Source of the DNA: Candidatus Multivorans sp.
GTDB taxonomy: Bacteria; Acidobacteriota; Thermoanaerobaculia; Multivoradales; Multivoraceae
DNA: 64,000 nucleotides
Assembly: GCA_965224025.1 (NCBI GenBank)
Contig: OZ245033.1
Coordinates: forward strand, 640,001 to 704,000
Direction: 5' to 3'
Shown here: in pieces, positions 49,942 through 59,502 of the stretch
Position numbering within the stretch: position 1 is the first letter of the stretch
Layout of the letters: each line of letters starts with the position of its first letter
Notes under the pieces: model-generated
Database searches by the model: none
What the model was told of the DNA's origin: nothing
Seen by the model: the letters and a program-made list of their open reading frames with translations, nothing else
Translations under genes and position numbers: made by a program

Positions 49942-50682
49942 ATGAGAATCCACAGGCTGTTCCAGAAGACGAGGTTCGGCATCTTCGCCGTCTTCGGCCT
50001 GATCGTCCTGTCGACTTCGATTCTCTGCATCTACACCGTGGACACCGAGCTGTCGGCGGAGTACGAGATCAACACCCGGAACATCGCCAAGACGGTCGCG
50101 GACTCGAGCGTCGGCATTCTCCTGAACCGGGATCTGGCGACCCTGCAGTCGCTGGTCGATCAGTTCCTCGATGTGCAAGGCATCGAGTACATCTACATCA
50201 CGAGCGAGTCGGGCGAGTTCCTGGCCCACACGTTCGTGCCGGGGATCCCCGAGGAGATCCTGCAGAGCGACCACAGCAGCACGGAACCGGTCGAACGGAG
50301 ACTGCCCGGGATGGGAGATTTCATCGAGGTCGGCAGCCCGATTCTGGCCGGAGTCGCCGGCACGGTTCATGTCGGCGTGGACCTCGACGTCGTGGCGCTC
50401 AAGATCCAGCGGGCGATCGGACAGCAGGTCTACCTGATCTGCGTCATCCTCGTTTTCGGCGTGCTGGCCTCGGTGTGGCTGATCAACCTGGCGGCGAAAC
50501 CGCTGGGACAACTCCTCGCCTACGCGGTGGAATTGGCCAGGGACGGTGAGAAGGAAGACCTTGCCGAGCGGGACATTCTCGGGCGAGACGACGAGGTGGG
50601 GCATCTGGCCCGCCTGTTTCTTCACGTAACGCGGCGGGGGACCGGGCGGGCCTCGGCGGCGGGCGTTCCCGCTCGGGAGTAG
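49942..50682 (+). CDS. Two-TM sensor-like protein with a HAMP domain and no output domain
   Basis: TM, periplasmic Cache-like region, TM, then KPLGQL...RDDEVGHLARLF and a stop. Confidence 0.75.
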   Translation: MRIHRLFQKTRFGIFAVFGLIVLSTSILCIYTVDTELSAEYEINTRNIAKTVADSSVGILLNRDLATLQSLVDQFLDVQGIEYIYITSESGEFLAHTFVPGIPEEILQSDHSSTEPVERRLPGMGDFIEVGSPILAGVAGTVHVGVDLDVVALKIQRAIGQQVYLICVILVFGVLASVWLINLAAKPLGQLLAYAVELARDGEKEDLAERDILGRDDEVGHLARLFLHVTRRGTGRASAAGVPARE

Positions 50683-50852
50683 CGCCGCCAAACCTGTCGC
50701 AGGCTCCATGTTTGGCCCCAGCCCCACCTCCCCATGACCTCGCGCCGCGGCACTCGCTTCGCTGCGTTCTGCGGCGCAAACTTGCATGGAACAAACCCTT
50801 TCCTGTGCGTCAGCGCGGCGCGGACGCCGCGACTCGACTCCTAGGCGGCGGC

Positions 50853-52166
50853 GTGCGGGTACCGAGGACCGTTATCGCCCTGCTCTGCACGACGCTGCAG
50901 TTGTGCTTCGGGACGGTCTACGCCTGGAGCTTCTTCCAGACCATGCTGGTGCGGCAGGCGGGTTGGACTTTCTCGGAAACGGCCTGGGCATTCAGCATCA
51001 CGATCTTCTCCCTCGGCGTATCGGCGGCGTGGGCCGGCCAGATGCTGCCGCGGCTCGGCCCGAGGAAGCTGGCGGTGATCGGCAGCGTCATGTTCTCGGG
51101 CGGCTACGTCGTCGCGGCGGGCGCTCTGACGCTGGACATGCTGCCCCTCTTCTACCTCGGCTACGGAGTGATCGGCGGCGCCGGCATCGGCCTGGGCTAC
51201 GTGACGCCGGTGGCGACCGTCGCGAAGTGGTTCCCGGACCACAAGGGGCTCGTCACCGGAATCGTCGTCATGGGCTTCGGCGTCGGCGCCTTCCTGCTCA
51301 GCAAGGGCCTGGCGCCCCTGCTCGTGGTGCGTGCCGGCGACGATCTGGCTCAGATCTTCCTCTGGCTGGGCATCGTCTTCGCCTGCGTTCTGATCCCATG
51401 CAGCCTGTTGCTGAGCGATCCACCCGCCCCGGCGACGCCGCAGACCGTGGTCGCCGGGCCTTCGGGGGCGGAAGCGGCGCCGGACGAATCCGCGGCGGTC
51501 AAGACCTACCTCGGGTCCCAACAGTTCGTGTTCATGTGGATCGTGTTCTTCTTCAACATCGCGGCCGGCATCACGGTGATCAGCTTCCAGTCCGAGCTGC
51601 TGCAGGAGGTCTGGGGACTCTCCGATCCGTCCCTCGAGCCGGCGACGCTTGCCGAGTACGGCGCGACGCTGATTGCGATCAGTTCGTTGTGCAACGGCGC
51701 AGGAAGGCTGTTCTGGGGCCTGCTGTCCGATCGCTTCGGTCGGGTCAAGGTGTTCCGGGTCCTGCTCTCCAGTCAGATGGTGGTCTTCGGCTTCTTGATG
51801 ACGGAGAGCAATCCCTGGGTGTTCTCGGTGCTCGTCTGCTATGTGCTGCTCTGCTTCGGAGGCGGGTTCGCCACCATGCCGCCGTTCGTGCTCGACGTGT
51901 TCGGGCCGAAGAAGATGTCGGCCATATACGGCGCGGTGCTCACCGCCTGGGCGGCGGCCGGGATCGTCGGTCCGGTCTACCTGGGGTATCTGAAGGACGT
52001 CTACCCTGACCGGGCGGTCATGTACTGCTTCCTGGTCGGCATCCTGATGCTTGGCGGTGGTTACCTGTTCTCCTACCTGCTGACCGACAACCGGATCCGG
52101 CTGGGGCGGCCGACTCTCGAGGGGACCCTCCGCGAGTACGGGGTTCCCGTACCCGGCGAGGGATAG
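50853..52166 (+). CDS. OFA-family (oxalate/formate antiporter-like) MFS transporter (start uncertain)
   Basis: GTVYAWSFF, GIGLGYVTPV..KWFPDHKGLVTG, NGAGRLFWG..SDRFGR, GGGFATMP. Confidence 0.88.
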   Translation: MRVPRTVIALLCTTLQLCFGTVYAWSFFQTMLVRQAGWTFSETAWAFSITIFSLGVSAAWAGQMLPRLGPRKLAVIGSVMFSGGYVVAAGALTLDMLPLFYLGYGVIGGAGIGLGYVTPVATVAKWFPDHKGLVTGIVVMGFGVGAFLLSKGLAPLLVVRAGDDLAQIFLWLGIVFACVLIPCSLLLSDPPAPATPQTVVAGPSGAEAAPDESAAVKTYLGSQQFVFMWIVFFFNIAAGITVISFQSELLQEVWGLSDPSLEPATLAEYGATLIAISSLCNGAGRLFWGLLSDRFGRVKVFRVLLSSQMVVFGFLMTESNPWVFSVLVCYVLLCFGGGFATMPPFVLDVFGPKKMSAIYGAVLTAWAAAGIVGPVYLGYLKDVYPDRAVMYCFLVGILMLGGGYLFSYLLTDNRIRLGRPTLEGTLREYGVPVPGEG

Positions 52167-52257
52167 CGGGCCTGCCGGCCCCACGAAGGCGGCTACGAGG
52201 TGACCGCGCCCCCATGGTGAAGCTGAAGTTCGACGCGCGGTCGCTGCTCGGGTCGTG

Positions 52258-53145
52258 ATGTTCGCGACGATCCTTCGATCGCTCCGGCCCGCCCAGTGGA
52301 GCAAGAACGTGTTCGTTCTGGCGCCGGCGGCGTTTGCGGGAGGCTTGACGGTCCCGGACGCGGTCGCGGCGGCCGCGGTCGCACTGGCCGCGTTCTGCGC
52401 CGCGGCCAGCTCCGTGTACCTGTTCAACGATCTGCGTGACCGCGAACTGGACCGGCGCCATCCGAGGAAGAGCCTACGGCCGGTGGCGTCGGGCGCCCTG
52501 GGCACGGCGCCGGCTTCGGTGGTCAGCGCGGGGCTGGCGACGGTTGCTCTGGGCGCGGCGTGGACGTTGAACGACCGCACGGTTCAACTCGTCGCCGCCT
52601 ACCTTGTGGTCAACCTCTGCTACAGCCTGTGGTTGAAACGGATCGTGATCGTCGACGTGATGGTGCTGTCGAGCGGCTTCGTGATCCGGGTGCTGGCCGG
52701 CGCCGCCGCGGTCGGGGCCGCGGTCTCCGCCTGGCTGGTGCTCTGCACCGTCTTTCTGGCCCTGTTCCTGGGTTTCTCCAAGCGCCGGCACGAACTGGTG
52801 CTCCTCGTAGGCGAGGCGGGTGAGCAGCGGTCGGTGCTCAATCACTACAGCCCGATGTTCCTCGATCAGATGATGAACGTGGTGACCGCGTCGACGCTTC
52901 TGTCCTACGCCCTGTACACCACGGCCGACGAGACGGTCGCCCGCTTCGGCGACTACAGCCTGGTCTGGACGGTTCCCTTCGTGCTGTTCGGCATCTTCCG
53001 CTACCTGTACCTGATCCACCAGGCCGAGAACCCGAAGCAGCGCAATCCGACCGAGCTACTGCTGTTCGATCCCCCGTTCCTGGTCAACATGGGGCTCTAC
53101 AGCCTGACCGTCCTCCTGATCGTCTACGTCGGCAGCCCGTCGTGA
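52258..53145 (+). CDS. UbiA-family decaprenyl-phosphate phosphoribosyltransferase-like protein
   Basis: RPAQWSKN, YLFNDLRD...HPRK..RPVASG, LKRIVIVD, KRRHEL, GIFRY. Confidence 0.9.
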   Translation: MFATILRSLRPAQWSKNVFVLAPAAFAGGLTVPDAVAAAAVALAAFCAAASSVYLFNDLRDRELDRRHPRKSLRPVASGALGTAPASVVSAGLATVALGAAWTLNDRTVQLVAAYLVVNLCYSLWLKRIVIVDVMVLSSGFVIRVLAGAAAVGAAVSAWLVLCTVFLALFLGFSKRRHELVLLVGEAGEQRSVLNHYSPMFLDQMMNVVTASTLLSYALYTTADETVARFGDYSLVWTVPFVLFGIFRYLYLIHQAENPKQRNPTELLLFDPPFLVNMGLYSLTVLLIVYVGSPS

Positions 53146-54147
53146 GAGTCCGCCTGCATTCGACCGGCGCAGCAGCGCCAGCACCCAGGGCAGCGCCAGC
53201 AGGCCCACGATGACCGCGAACCAGAGCGTCGCCGCGCGGACGATGACGGTCGATGCCATGGCGGCGTCGAGAGCGACTCCCTGACGTTCCAGCAGCAGGA
53301 CCAGCGAACCCTCGGCCGCCAGCAGGCCTCCGGGGAGCATGGAGACTGCGCCCGCCATGCTGGAAGCCGCGTAGTCGAACACCGAGGCGAGCACCGGCAC
53401 GGCCGGTTCGTAGTGGCGGACCACCAGCGCGCAGCCGACTCCCTCGGCCGCCCAAGCGGTGGTGGAGAGCGCCAGGCCGGCGAGCAGCGTCCGTGGCTCG
53501 ACGAGCCGGTTGAACGCCTGGTGGATGTCGATCAACACCGCGGCGCGTCCGGCGCCGAGCCGCGTCTTCGCGAGCATCGGCATGAGGCGGCCCGTGAGGG
53601 GCCGGTAGATCACCGCGACCGCGGCGGCGGCCGCGACGAGAACGATCGCGGCCACAAACGAACGTTGACCGGTGAAGACCAGCACCGACGACGCCAGGAG
53701 CAGCAGGACGGCGATCACGTCCAGCAGCCGTTCGGTGACCACCACGGCGACGACGGGGCGGGCCCGGCGAGCGCCGAACTCGCGGGCCATCCATGCCTTC
53801 GCCAGTTCGCCCGCCTTGCCGGGCGTGACCGCCAGCAGGAAGCCGGTCAGGAAGATCGCCAGGCTGCGACCCAGCGGGAGACGGACATCGAGCCGGTGCA
53901 GGTAGTACTGCCAGCGCAGGAAGCGCAGACCGTAGTTGACGGCGGACAGCAGCAACACGAGGGTCAGCACGCCGACGTCGAAGCCTCCGATGAGATCGCG
54001 GATCTGCTCGAAGTCGCCCACGAATCCCAGCGCCGCGAAGGTCACGGCGCCGAGCAGGACCAGGACGAGAAGACCCCTTCCGATGCCGCGGAACGGCTGC
54101 GTCGGGTCGGCGGCGCGGTGGCGGGGGAGCGGCACGGGAGGCACCAT
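53056..54147 (-). CDS. Lysylphosphatidylglycerol-synthase TM / flippase-like protein (UPF0104)
   Basis: NYGLRFLRW, TPGKAGE, ERLLD, PGGL.AAEG, VRAATLW. Confidence 0.85.
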   Translation of the reverse strand: MVPPVPLPRHRAADPTQPFRGIGRGLLVLVLLGAVTFAALGFVGDFEQIRDLIGGFDVGVLTLVLLLSAVNYGLRFLRWQYYLHRLDVRLPLGRSLAIFLTGFLLAVTPGKAGELAKAWMAREFGARRARPVVAVVVTERLLDVIAVLLLLASSVLVFTGQRSFVAAIVLVAAAAAVAVIYRPLTGRLMPMLAKTRLGAGRAAVLIDIHQAFNRLVEPRTLLAGLALSTTAWAAEGVGCALVVRHYEPAVPVLASVFDYAASSMAGAVSMLPGGLLAAEGSLVLLLERQGVALDAAMASTVIVRAATLWFAVIVGLLALPWVLALLRRSNAGGLSRRAADVDDQEDGQAVEPHVDQERGIEQQ

Positions 54148-54227
54148 GGACGGTAGCAGCTTCGCGCCCGTACAAATCTATGGGCCGCGGTGGGCGCGCC
54201 ACCCGGGTTGCTAAGCTGATCCCATTG

Positions 54228-55685
54228 ATGTCGAGCAGCGCGAAACTGCACGCGCGGCGCCCCGTGGCGTCCCGGATCGCGCTCTACGGAGCACTGCTCG
54301 TCGTGGCGGTCGCCTTCGCCGTGTTCCAGCCGCGTACGCCCGCGCCGGTCTTCGACACGGCCTGGTCCGAGGTCGACTTCGAGGCGAACGAGGACGTCCG
54401 GCGGCTGCGGGCCCTGGTCCGGATCGACACGACGCCGGATGTGGGCCGCGAGATCGACGCCGCTCGCTTCCTGGCGGGGATCCTGGAGGACGCCGGCCTG
54501 CCGGTCGAGATCGAGGAGCATCCGGGCGCGAAGGCGAACCTGTGGGCGATCCTCGAGGGGGCAACCGAGGAGGCGCTGGTCCTCCACAACCACCTCGATG
54601 TCGATCCGATCCGCCGTCCCGAGGACTGGGTCGCGCCCCCGTTCGAGGGTCGGATCGAGCCGCCGTGGATCATCGGGCGGGGCGTCTTCGACATGAAGAG
54701 CGTCACCGTCGCCCAACTCGGCGCGGTGCTGGCGGCCAAGGAGCGGATGGACGAGACGGGCCGGCGTCCAAGGTACTCGCTGATCTTCCTCGCGACCAGC
54801 AGCGAAGAGACGGGCAGCGATCTGGGCACTCGCCACATCCTCGCCGCCCGGCCGGAACTGACCCGCCGGTTCTGGGCCGTGCTCACGGAGGGCGGGGTGC
54901 TGGAGGCGCCCTGGGCCGGCGAGGTCAAGTACTGGGGCACGTCCTTCGCCCAGAAGCAGTTCCTGGAGGCGACCGCGACGAGTGCGTCGGCGCAGCGCCT
55001 GGAGGGGCTCCGTGCGGAGCTGCTCGGGAGGCTGCGCACGGCGCCGCCGACGGCCCTGGTGCCCGAGACGAAGGCGTTCGCTGTCGCCTACGGGCCGTCG
55101 CGTCAGCATCCGGACTACAGGGCCGCCCTGGCCGAGCCCGAGCGCGTGCTGCGCGAGCCCGAGCTCTTCATGCGCCTGCCGGATCTGCTCAAGTCGTTGT
55201 TCCGCAACGAGGCGCACCCGTTCGCGGTCGAAGCGTCTTCCGCGGGCGGCTACCGGTTGCGAATCGTGCTCCACGTGCTGCCCGGTCTCGACGCCGACGT
55301 CGCGGCGGCCGAGCTGCTGCCCAGCCGGCTACTGGACGGCATCGACATCCGGATTCACGAGCGCCGCGGGGCGGTGCGGGGAAGTCCCCTCGACCACCCC
55401 GCATACGTGCAGTTGATCGATTCGCTGCTTCGGCGGACCGGCGTCGAGCCGAACCGGGTCGGTCCCTACCTGCTGACCCGCTACGCCAACGACGCCCGCT
55501 TCTTCCGGCGCCACGGCATTGCCGCCTACGGGTTCACCCCGTTCCTGCTCCTCTCCGTCGACACGATGACCGTGGCGGGTCCGAACGAGAAGATCGCCCT
55601 GCCTGCCTTCGTCGAGGGCGCGGAGTTGTATCGCCAGGTGGTGCTCGACCTGCTCGATGCGGCCCCGCGGCAGGCTGCCCGGTGA
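54228..55685 (+). CDS. M20/M25/M40 metallo-hydrolase, membrane-anchored, lacking the C-terminal His ligand
   Basis: HNHLDV, GRGVFDMK, SSEE, TEGG, NDARFFR; VAGPNEK in place of IHGxDE. Confidence 0.85.
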   Translation: MSSSAKLHARRPVASRIALYGALLVVAVAFAVFQPRTPAPVFDTAWSEVDFEANEDVRRLRALVRIDTTPDVGREIDAARFLAGILEDAGLPVEIEEHPGAKANLWAILEGATEEALVLHNHLDVDPIRRPEDWVAPPFEGRIEPPWIIGRGVFDMKSVTVAQLGAVLAAKERMDETGRRPRYSLIFLATSSEETGSDLGTRHILAARPELTRRFWAVLTEGGVLEAPWAGEVKYWGTSFAQKQFLEATATSASAQRLEGLRAELLGRLRTAPPTALVPETKAFAVAYGPSRQHPDYRAALAEPERVLREPELFMRLPDLLKSLFRNEAHPFAVEASSAGGYRLRIVLHVLPGLDADVAAAELLPSRLLDGIDIRIHERRGAVRGSPLDHPAYVQLIDSLLRRTGVEPNRVGPYLLTRYANDARFFRRHGIAAYGFTPFLLLSVDTMTVAGPNEKIALPAFVEGAELYRQVVLDLLDAAPRQAAR

Positions 55686-57145
55686 TGGAGGTGAGCGTTC
55701 GGCGAGGGTTGCGGTTCGGCATGGCGGCAGCCGCGCTGCTGGTGGCGACGCCGGCGCCGGCCGGCGCCGGCCCCGTCGCCTGGCTTCAGAAGTACCTTTC
55801 CTTCGATACGAGCAATCCGCCGGGCGGCGAGCGTCCGGCCGTCCGGTACCTGGCGTCGCTGATCGAACAGGGCGATCCCGGCGGAGAGATCGAGGTCCGG
55901 GTTCTTCTGAGTCCCAGCGGACGCGCGAACCTGTACGCGCGATTGCCGGCGAACGCGGTGGAAGCGACAGGCCGCAGCCTGGTTCTGCTGCACCACCTCG
56001 ACGTCGTGCCCGCGGGCGACGGTTGGAACCGGCCGCCGTTCGGCGGCGAGCTGCACCGCGGGCGGATCTGGGGCCGCGGCGCGCTGGATGCGAAGGGCCT
56101 CGGCGTCGCTCACCTGAACGCCATGCTCCATGTTCTGGAGAGCGATCGTCCCCGGCATCGGGACCTGGTCTTCGTGGCCAGCGCGGACGAGGAAGCGGGC
56201 GGTCAGGAGGGCGTGGGCTGGCTGCTGGAGGAGCACGCAGAGTTGTTCGAAGACGCCGAGGCAGTGCTGAACGAGGCGGGCGTCAACCGGATGGCGGGGG
56301 CCAGATTGCTCTGGTGGGGAATCGAGACGGCGCAGAAACAGGTGCTCTGGCTGCGGGTTACCGCCGCCGGCCGGGGCGGCCACGGCTCGGGCTTCAACCC
56401 CGCGAGCCCCACCCATCGGCTGCTGCGGGCTCTGAACCGAGTCCTCGACCTGGAGCATCCCTGGAGGGTTACCGCTGCGTCCCACCAGGCTTACCGCGCC
56501 CTCGCCGGGTTCCGTCAGGGCGAGTTCGCCGAGGTCTTCGATCAGCCGATCGAGGTCGTTCAGGCAGAACTCGACCGCCGGGTCCGGGACGGCGGGTTGG
56601 ACCGAATTCTCCTGCCGGGCATGTCTGCGAGCTTCCGCGACACGGTTCAGATCACCCGGATCGACAACGGCGCCGGGCCGGTGAACGTGGCGCCCGGTGA
56701 GGCGTTCGCCCTGATCGACGCGCGCCTGCTGCCGGACACCGATGTCGAGGGGTTTCGCCGGCGGTTGGAGACGGTGCTTGGCGGCGGCATCCATGCAGAG
56801 GAGCTGCTGCGCTCCGGCGGCAGTCCCGTCTCGAGTACGAGCAGCGACGTCTACCGGACGTTGGAGCGGGTTCTCGGCGTGCGCGCCCCGGTGGCGCCGA
56901 CGATGATTGCCGGCGCCACGGACTCCCGCTTTTTTCGCCGCCGCGGCGTGGACGCCTACGGCTTCTCGCCGTTCACGCTCCGTGCCGACGACGCAGGCGG
57001 CATCCACGGCGCCGACGAGCGGATATCGGTCGAGGGCTTTCTCCGCGGTTGCGAGATGATGAAGCGGGTCGTCGCCGCCCTCGTTCTCGCGGACGGCGAC
57101 TCCGTGCCGCCTGCCGCCCGCGGCGCCGGCCGCAGGGAGCGATGA
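55685..57145 (+). CDS. M20/M25/M40 metallo-hydrolase, exported
   Basis: HHLDVVPA, GRGALDAK, ADEE, NEAG, GGHGS, TDSRFFR, IHGADERI; TGATG coupling. Confidence 0.9.
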   Translation: MEVSVRRGLRFGMAAAALLVATPAPAGAGPVAWLQKYLSFDTSNPPGGERPAVRYLASLIEQGDPGGEIEVRVLLSPSGRANLYARLPANAVEATGRSLVLLHHLDVVPAGDGWNRPPFGGELHRGRIWGRGALDAKGLGVAHLNAMLHVLESDRPRHRDLVFVASADEEAGGQEGVGWLLEEHAELFEDAEAVLNEAGVNRMAGARLLWWGIETAQKQVLWLRVTAAGRGGHGSGFNPASPTHRLLRALNRVLDLEHPWRVTAASHQAYRALAGFRQGEFAEVFDQPIEVVQAELDRRVRDGGLDRILLPGMSASFRDTVQITRIDNGAGPVNVAPGEAFALIDARLLPDTDVEGFRRRLETVLGGGIHAEELLRSGGSPVSSTSSDVYRTLERVLGVRAPVAPTMIAGATDSRFFRRRGVDAYGFSPFTLRADDAGGIHGADERISVEGFLRGCEMMKRVVAALVLADGDSVPPAARGAGRRER

Positions 57146-57933
57146 TGTTCGAAGAGGCGCCCGCGATGGCCATCTTCGGCGCGACATACGCGGCGGTGAT
57201 CGGCCTGTGTGTCGGGAGTTTCCTGAACGTCGTCGCCTACCGCCTGCCGCACGGCGAGTCGGTGGTCCGGCCCCGTTCCCGCTGCCTGACCTGCGGCGGC
57301 GGGATTGCCGGCCGGGACAACCTGCCGGTCCTGAGCTTCGTGCTGCTCGGTGGCCGCTGCCGGATATGCGGCGCCCGGATCTCGTGGCGCTACCCGGCGG
57401 TCGAGGCCGCCTCAGGGCTCCTCTGGCTTGTCTCCTGGCTCGGTTTCGGACCGACCGTGGACGGTCTGGCGGCTGCCGTTTTCTCGAGCCTTCTGCTGGC
57501 CCTCGCGGTGATCGACGCGGCCCACTTCGTGCTCCCGGATCAACTGACGTACCTGACCTTGGGCCTCGGTCTGGCGGCGTCCTTCGGAGTCAGTTGGACG
57601 ACGCCGCTCGCGTCGGTTCTCGGCGCCGCCGCCGGCGCCGCCGCGCTGCTCCTCCTGATCGGCGCCTGGTACCTGCTCCGCCGCGTCCGCGGCATGGGCC
57701 TGGGCGATGTGAAGATGCTCGCGGGGGTGGGCGCCTTTCTCGGCCCCTACGGGATGTTGCTCACGCTCTTCCTGGCCTGCCTGTTCGGCGCCCTCTTCGG
57801 GCTTGTGCTCATGGTCCGCGGGCGGTTGGGTTGGAGTTCACGCCTGCCGTTCGGGGTCTTCCTGTCGATCGGCGCGGCCGTGTCGCTGTTCTTCGGGCCG
57901 CGCCTGATCGTCGCCTACGCGTCCCTGCTGTAG
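57142..57933 (+). CDS. pilD: Prepilin peptidase / N-methyltransferase (A24)
   Basis: GSFLNVV.YRLP, two CxxC motifs, ISWRYP, ID...LPD, GMGLGDVKM, LPFG.FL. Confidence 0.95.
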   Translation: MMFEEAPAMAIFGATYAAVIGLCVGSFLNVVAYRLPHGESVVRPRSRCLTCGGGIAGRDNLPVLSFVLLGGRCRICGARISWRYPAVEAASGLLWLVSWLGFGPTVDGLAAAVFSSLLLALAVIDAAHFVLPDQLTYLTLGLGLAASFGVSWTTPLASVLGAAAGAAALLLLIGAWYLLRRVRGMGLGDVKMLAGVGAFLGPYGMLLTLFLACLFGALFGLVLMVRGRLGWSSRLPFGVFLSIGAAVSLFFGPRLIVAYASLL

Positions 57934-58030
57934 CCAAGCCAGGAGACTGCGCGGCAGAAACCGGGTGCGCCGGCGTCCCGTCCGAACTTCCGCGTCCGAG
58001 GTCACGGGCCCCGATTCCGTCTTGATCGGT

Positions 58031-58477
58031 ATGGAGAGTTCTTACCATCCCGTTCCCAACCGGCAGACGTGGGCCGGCTTCACTCTGGTTGAAGTGCTGG
58101 TGTCCTGCGCCCTGCTCGGGCTGGCCGCCGCGACGCTGATGTCGCTTCTGGTTCGATCCGGCCTGAACAACCTCGAAGCGCGCCGGGCCGATGCCCTGGC
58201 CGCCATGGCGCGCTCCTCCCTGGACGACCTCGGAAACGCGGACGGCGTCGAGCAGGTCTGGTGTTCCTCGATTCCGGCCTGGCGAGATGACTGCGGCGCG
58301 GAGGCGCCGCGTTTTCGGCGCTCGGTGCATGCGGTGCGGGTCGTGGTGCCGGCCCTTGCCGGAGAGTCCGTGGAAGTGGAGGAGGTGACGGTCGAAGTGA
58401 CGGCCCTGCAGGCGGGCCGCGCCGCCGGGGAGAGGACGATCCGCCTCGTCACCTTCCGCACGGCGGGGGTGCGGTGA
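58031..58477 (+). CDS. Minor pilin, PilV-like
   Basis: Class III signal G|FTLVEVLVS. Confidence 0.75.
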   Translation: MESSYHPVPNRQTWAGFTLVEVLVSCALLGLAAATLMSLLVRSGLNNLEARRADALAAMARSSLDDLGNADGVEQVWCSSIPAWRDDCGAEAPRFRRSVHAVRVVVPALAGESVEVEEVTVEVTALQAGRAAGERTIRLVTFRTAGVR

Positions 58478-59502
58478 AGGTCGACCGGCGCCGCTGTGCG
58501 CCCATCGGGCGACCGGACTCCGGGGCCAGCCTGATCGAGACGCTGGTCGCGTTCGGTCTGACCGTGGCGGTTTCGGCGGCCGCCCTCTTCCTGTTCGTTC
58601 TTCATCAGCGACTGGCCCGGGCTCAACTCGAGGCGGCGTCGCTCCAGCAGGCGCAGCAGGCAGTCCACCTCGAACTGCGGCGAACGCTGCGCGCCGCCGG
58701 CCGCGGCGGCCTGGTCCACCAGTTGCCGGGGCAGGCGCCGCGTCCCGAACTCGCGGTCGAGGTCCAGAAGCAGGTGAAGGCGGGTCACGCCGTGGGGTCC
58801 AAAACGGCGGCCGAGGGCACGGACGTGCTGGTGGTCCGCGGCGTGATCAACGGTCCGCTCTACTGGGTCGACCAATACCGATTCGACCCGGCCGCGGGGC
58901 GCGGCTGGGTTCAGGTTCGCGCCCGGACCGCGTACGGCTCTGCTCAACCCCTCGAGACGCTCCGGGAGGCCGGCGACGCCGGCGACGACGCCTTGCTCCT
59001 GGTCTCCGGCGACGTCCTTGGGGTTCACGCCGTGGTCCCGATCGTCGACGTGGCCTCAAGCGGCCGGGGCCGGCGCCGCAGGTTGCGGGTCGAATTCCAT
59101 GCCGACGCCTCGCGCGGTCCGCTCGCGGCCGGCTACCTTTCGATGTCGAGCGGCGGGAGCTGGCCGGCCGGCTACATGAGCAGAGTCGTCCGCGTGGGCG
59201 TGCTCGAGGAGTGGCGGTTCTACATCCGGCCGCCTGCCCTGGACTCCCTGGAGGGATCGCAACTGGCGATGGCCCGCCTCTATCCCGGTTCGGGGGTCGC
59301 CTGGCGCCGTCGCAGCGCGAACCTGACCCAGGTGATCGCGGACGGTATTGCCGACCTGGAGGTCGCGGTCGAGGAGTTGGGGGAAGGCCGTGGATGGAGC
59401 GTCACCGTAGCCAGTACCGCTCGAATCGGAGAACCGGCCGCGGCGGCGCTGCGGGTGCAACGGACGGTTGCCACCGAGGTTCGGATGAGGAACCTGCAGT
59501 GA
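58474..59502 (+). CDS. Minor pilin, PilW-like
   Basis: G|ASLIETLVA, ELRRTLRAAG, GTDVLVVRG, VIADGIADLEV. Confidence 0.75.
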   Translation: MKVDRRRCAPIGRPDSGASLIETLVAFGLTVAVSAAALFLFVLHQRLARAQLEAASLQQAQQAVHLELRRTLRAAGRGGLVHQLPGQAPRPELAVEVQKQVKAGHAVGSKTAAEGTDVLVVRGVINGPLYWVDQYRFDPAAGRGWVQVRARTAYGSAQPLETLREAGDAGDDALLLVSGDVLGVHAVVPIVDVASSGRGRRRRLRVEFHADASRGPLAAGYLSMSSGGSWPAGYMSRVVRVGVLEEWRFYIRPPALDSLEGSQLAMARLYPGSGVAWRRRSANLTQVIADGIADLEVAVEELGEGRGWSVTVASTARIGEPAAAALRVQRTVATEVRMRNLQ

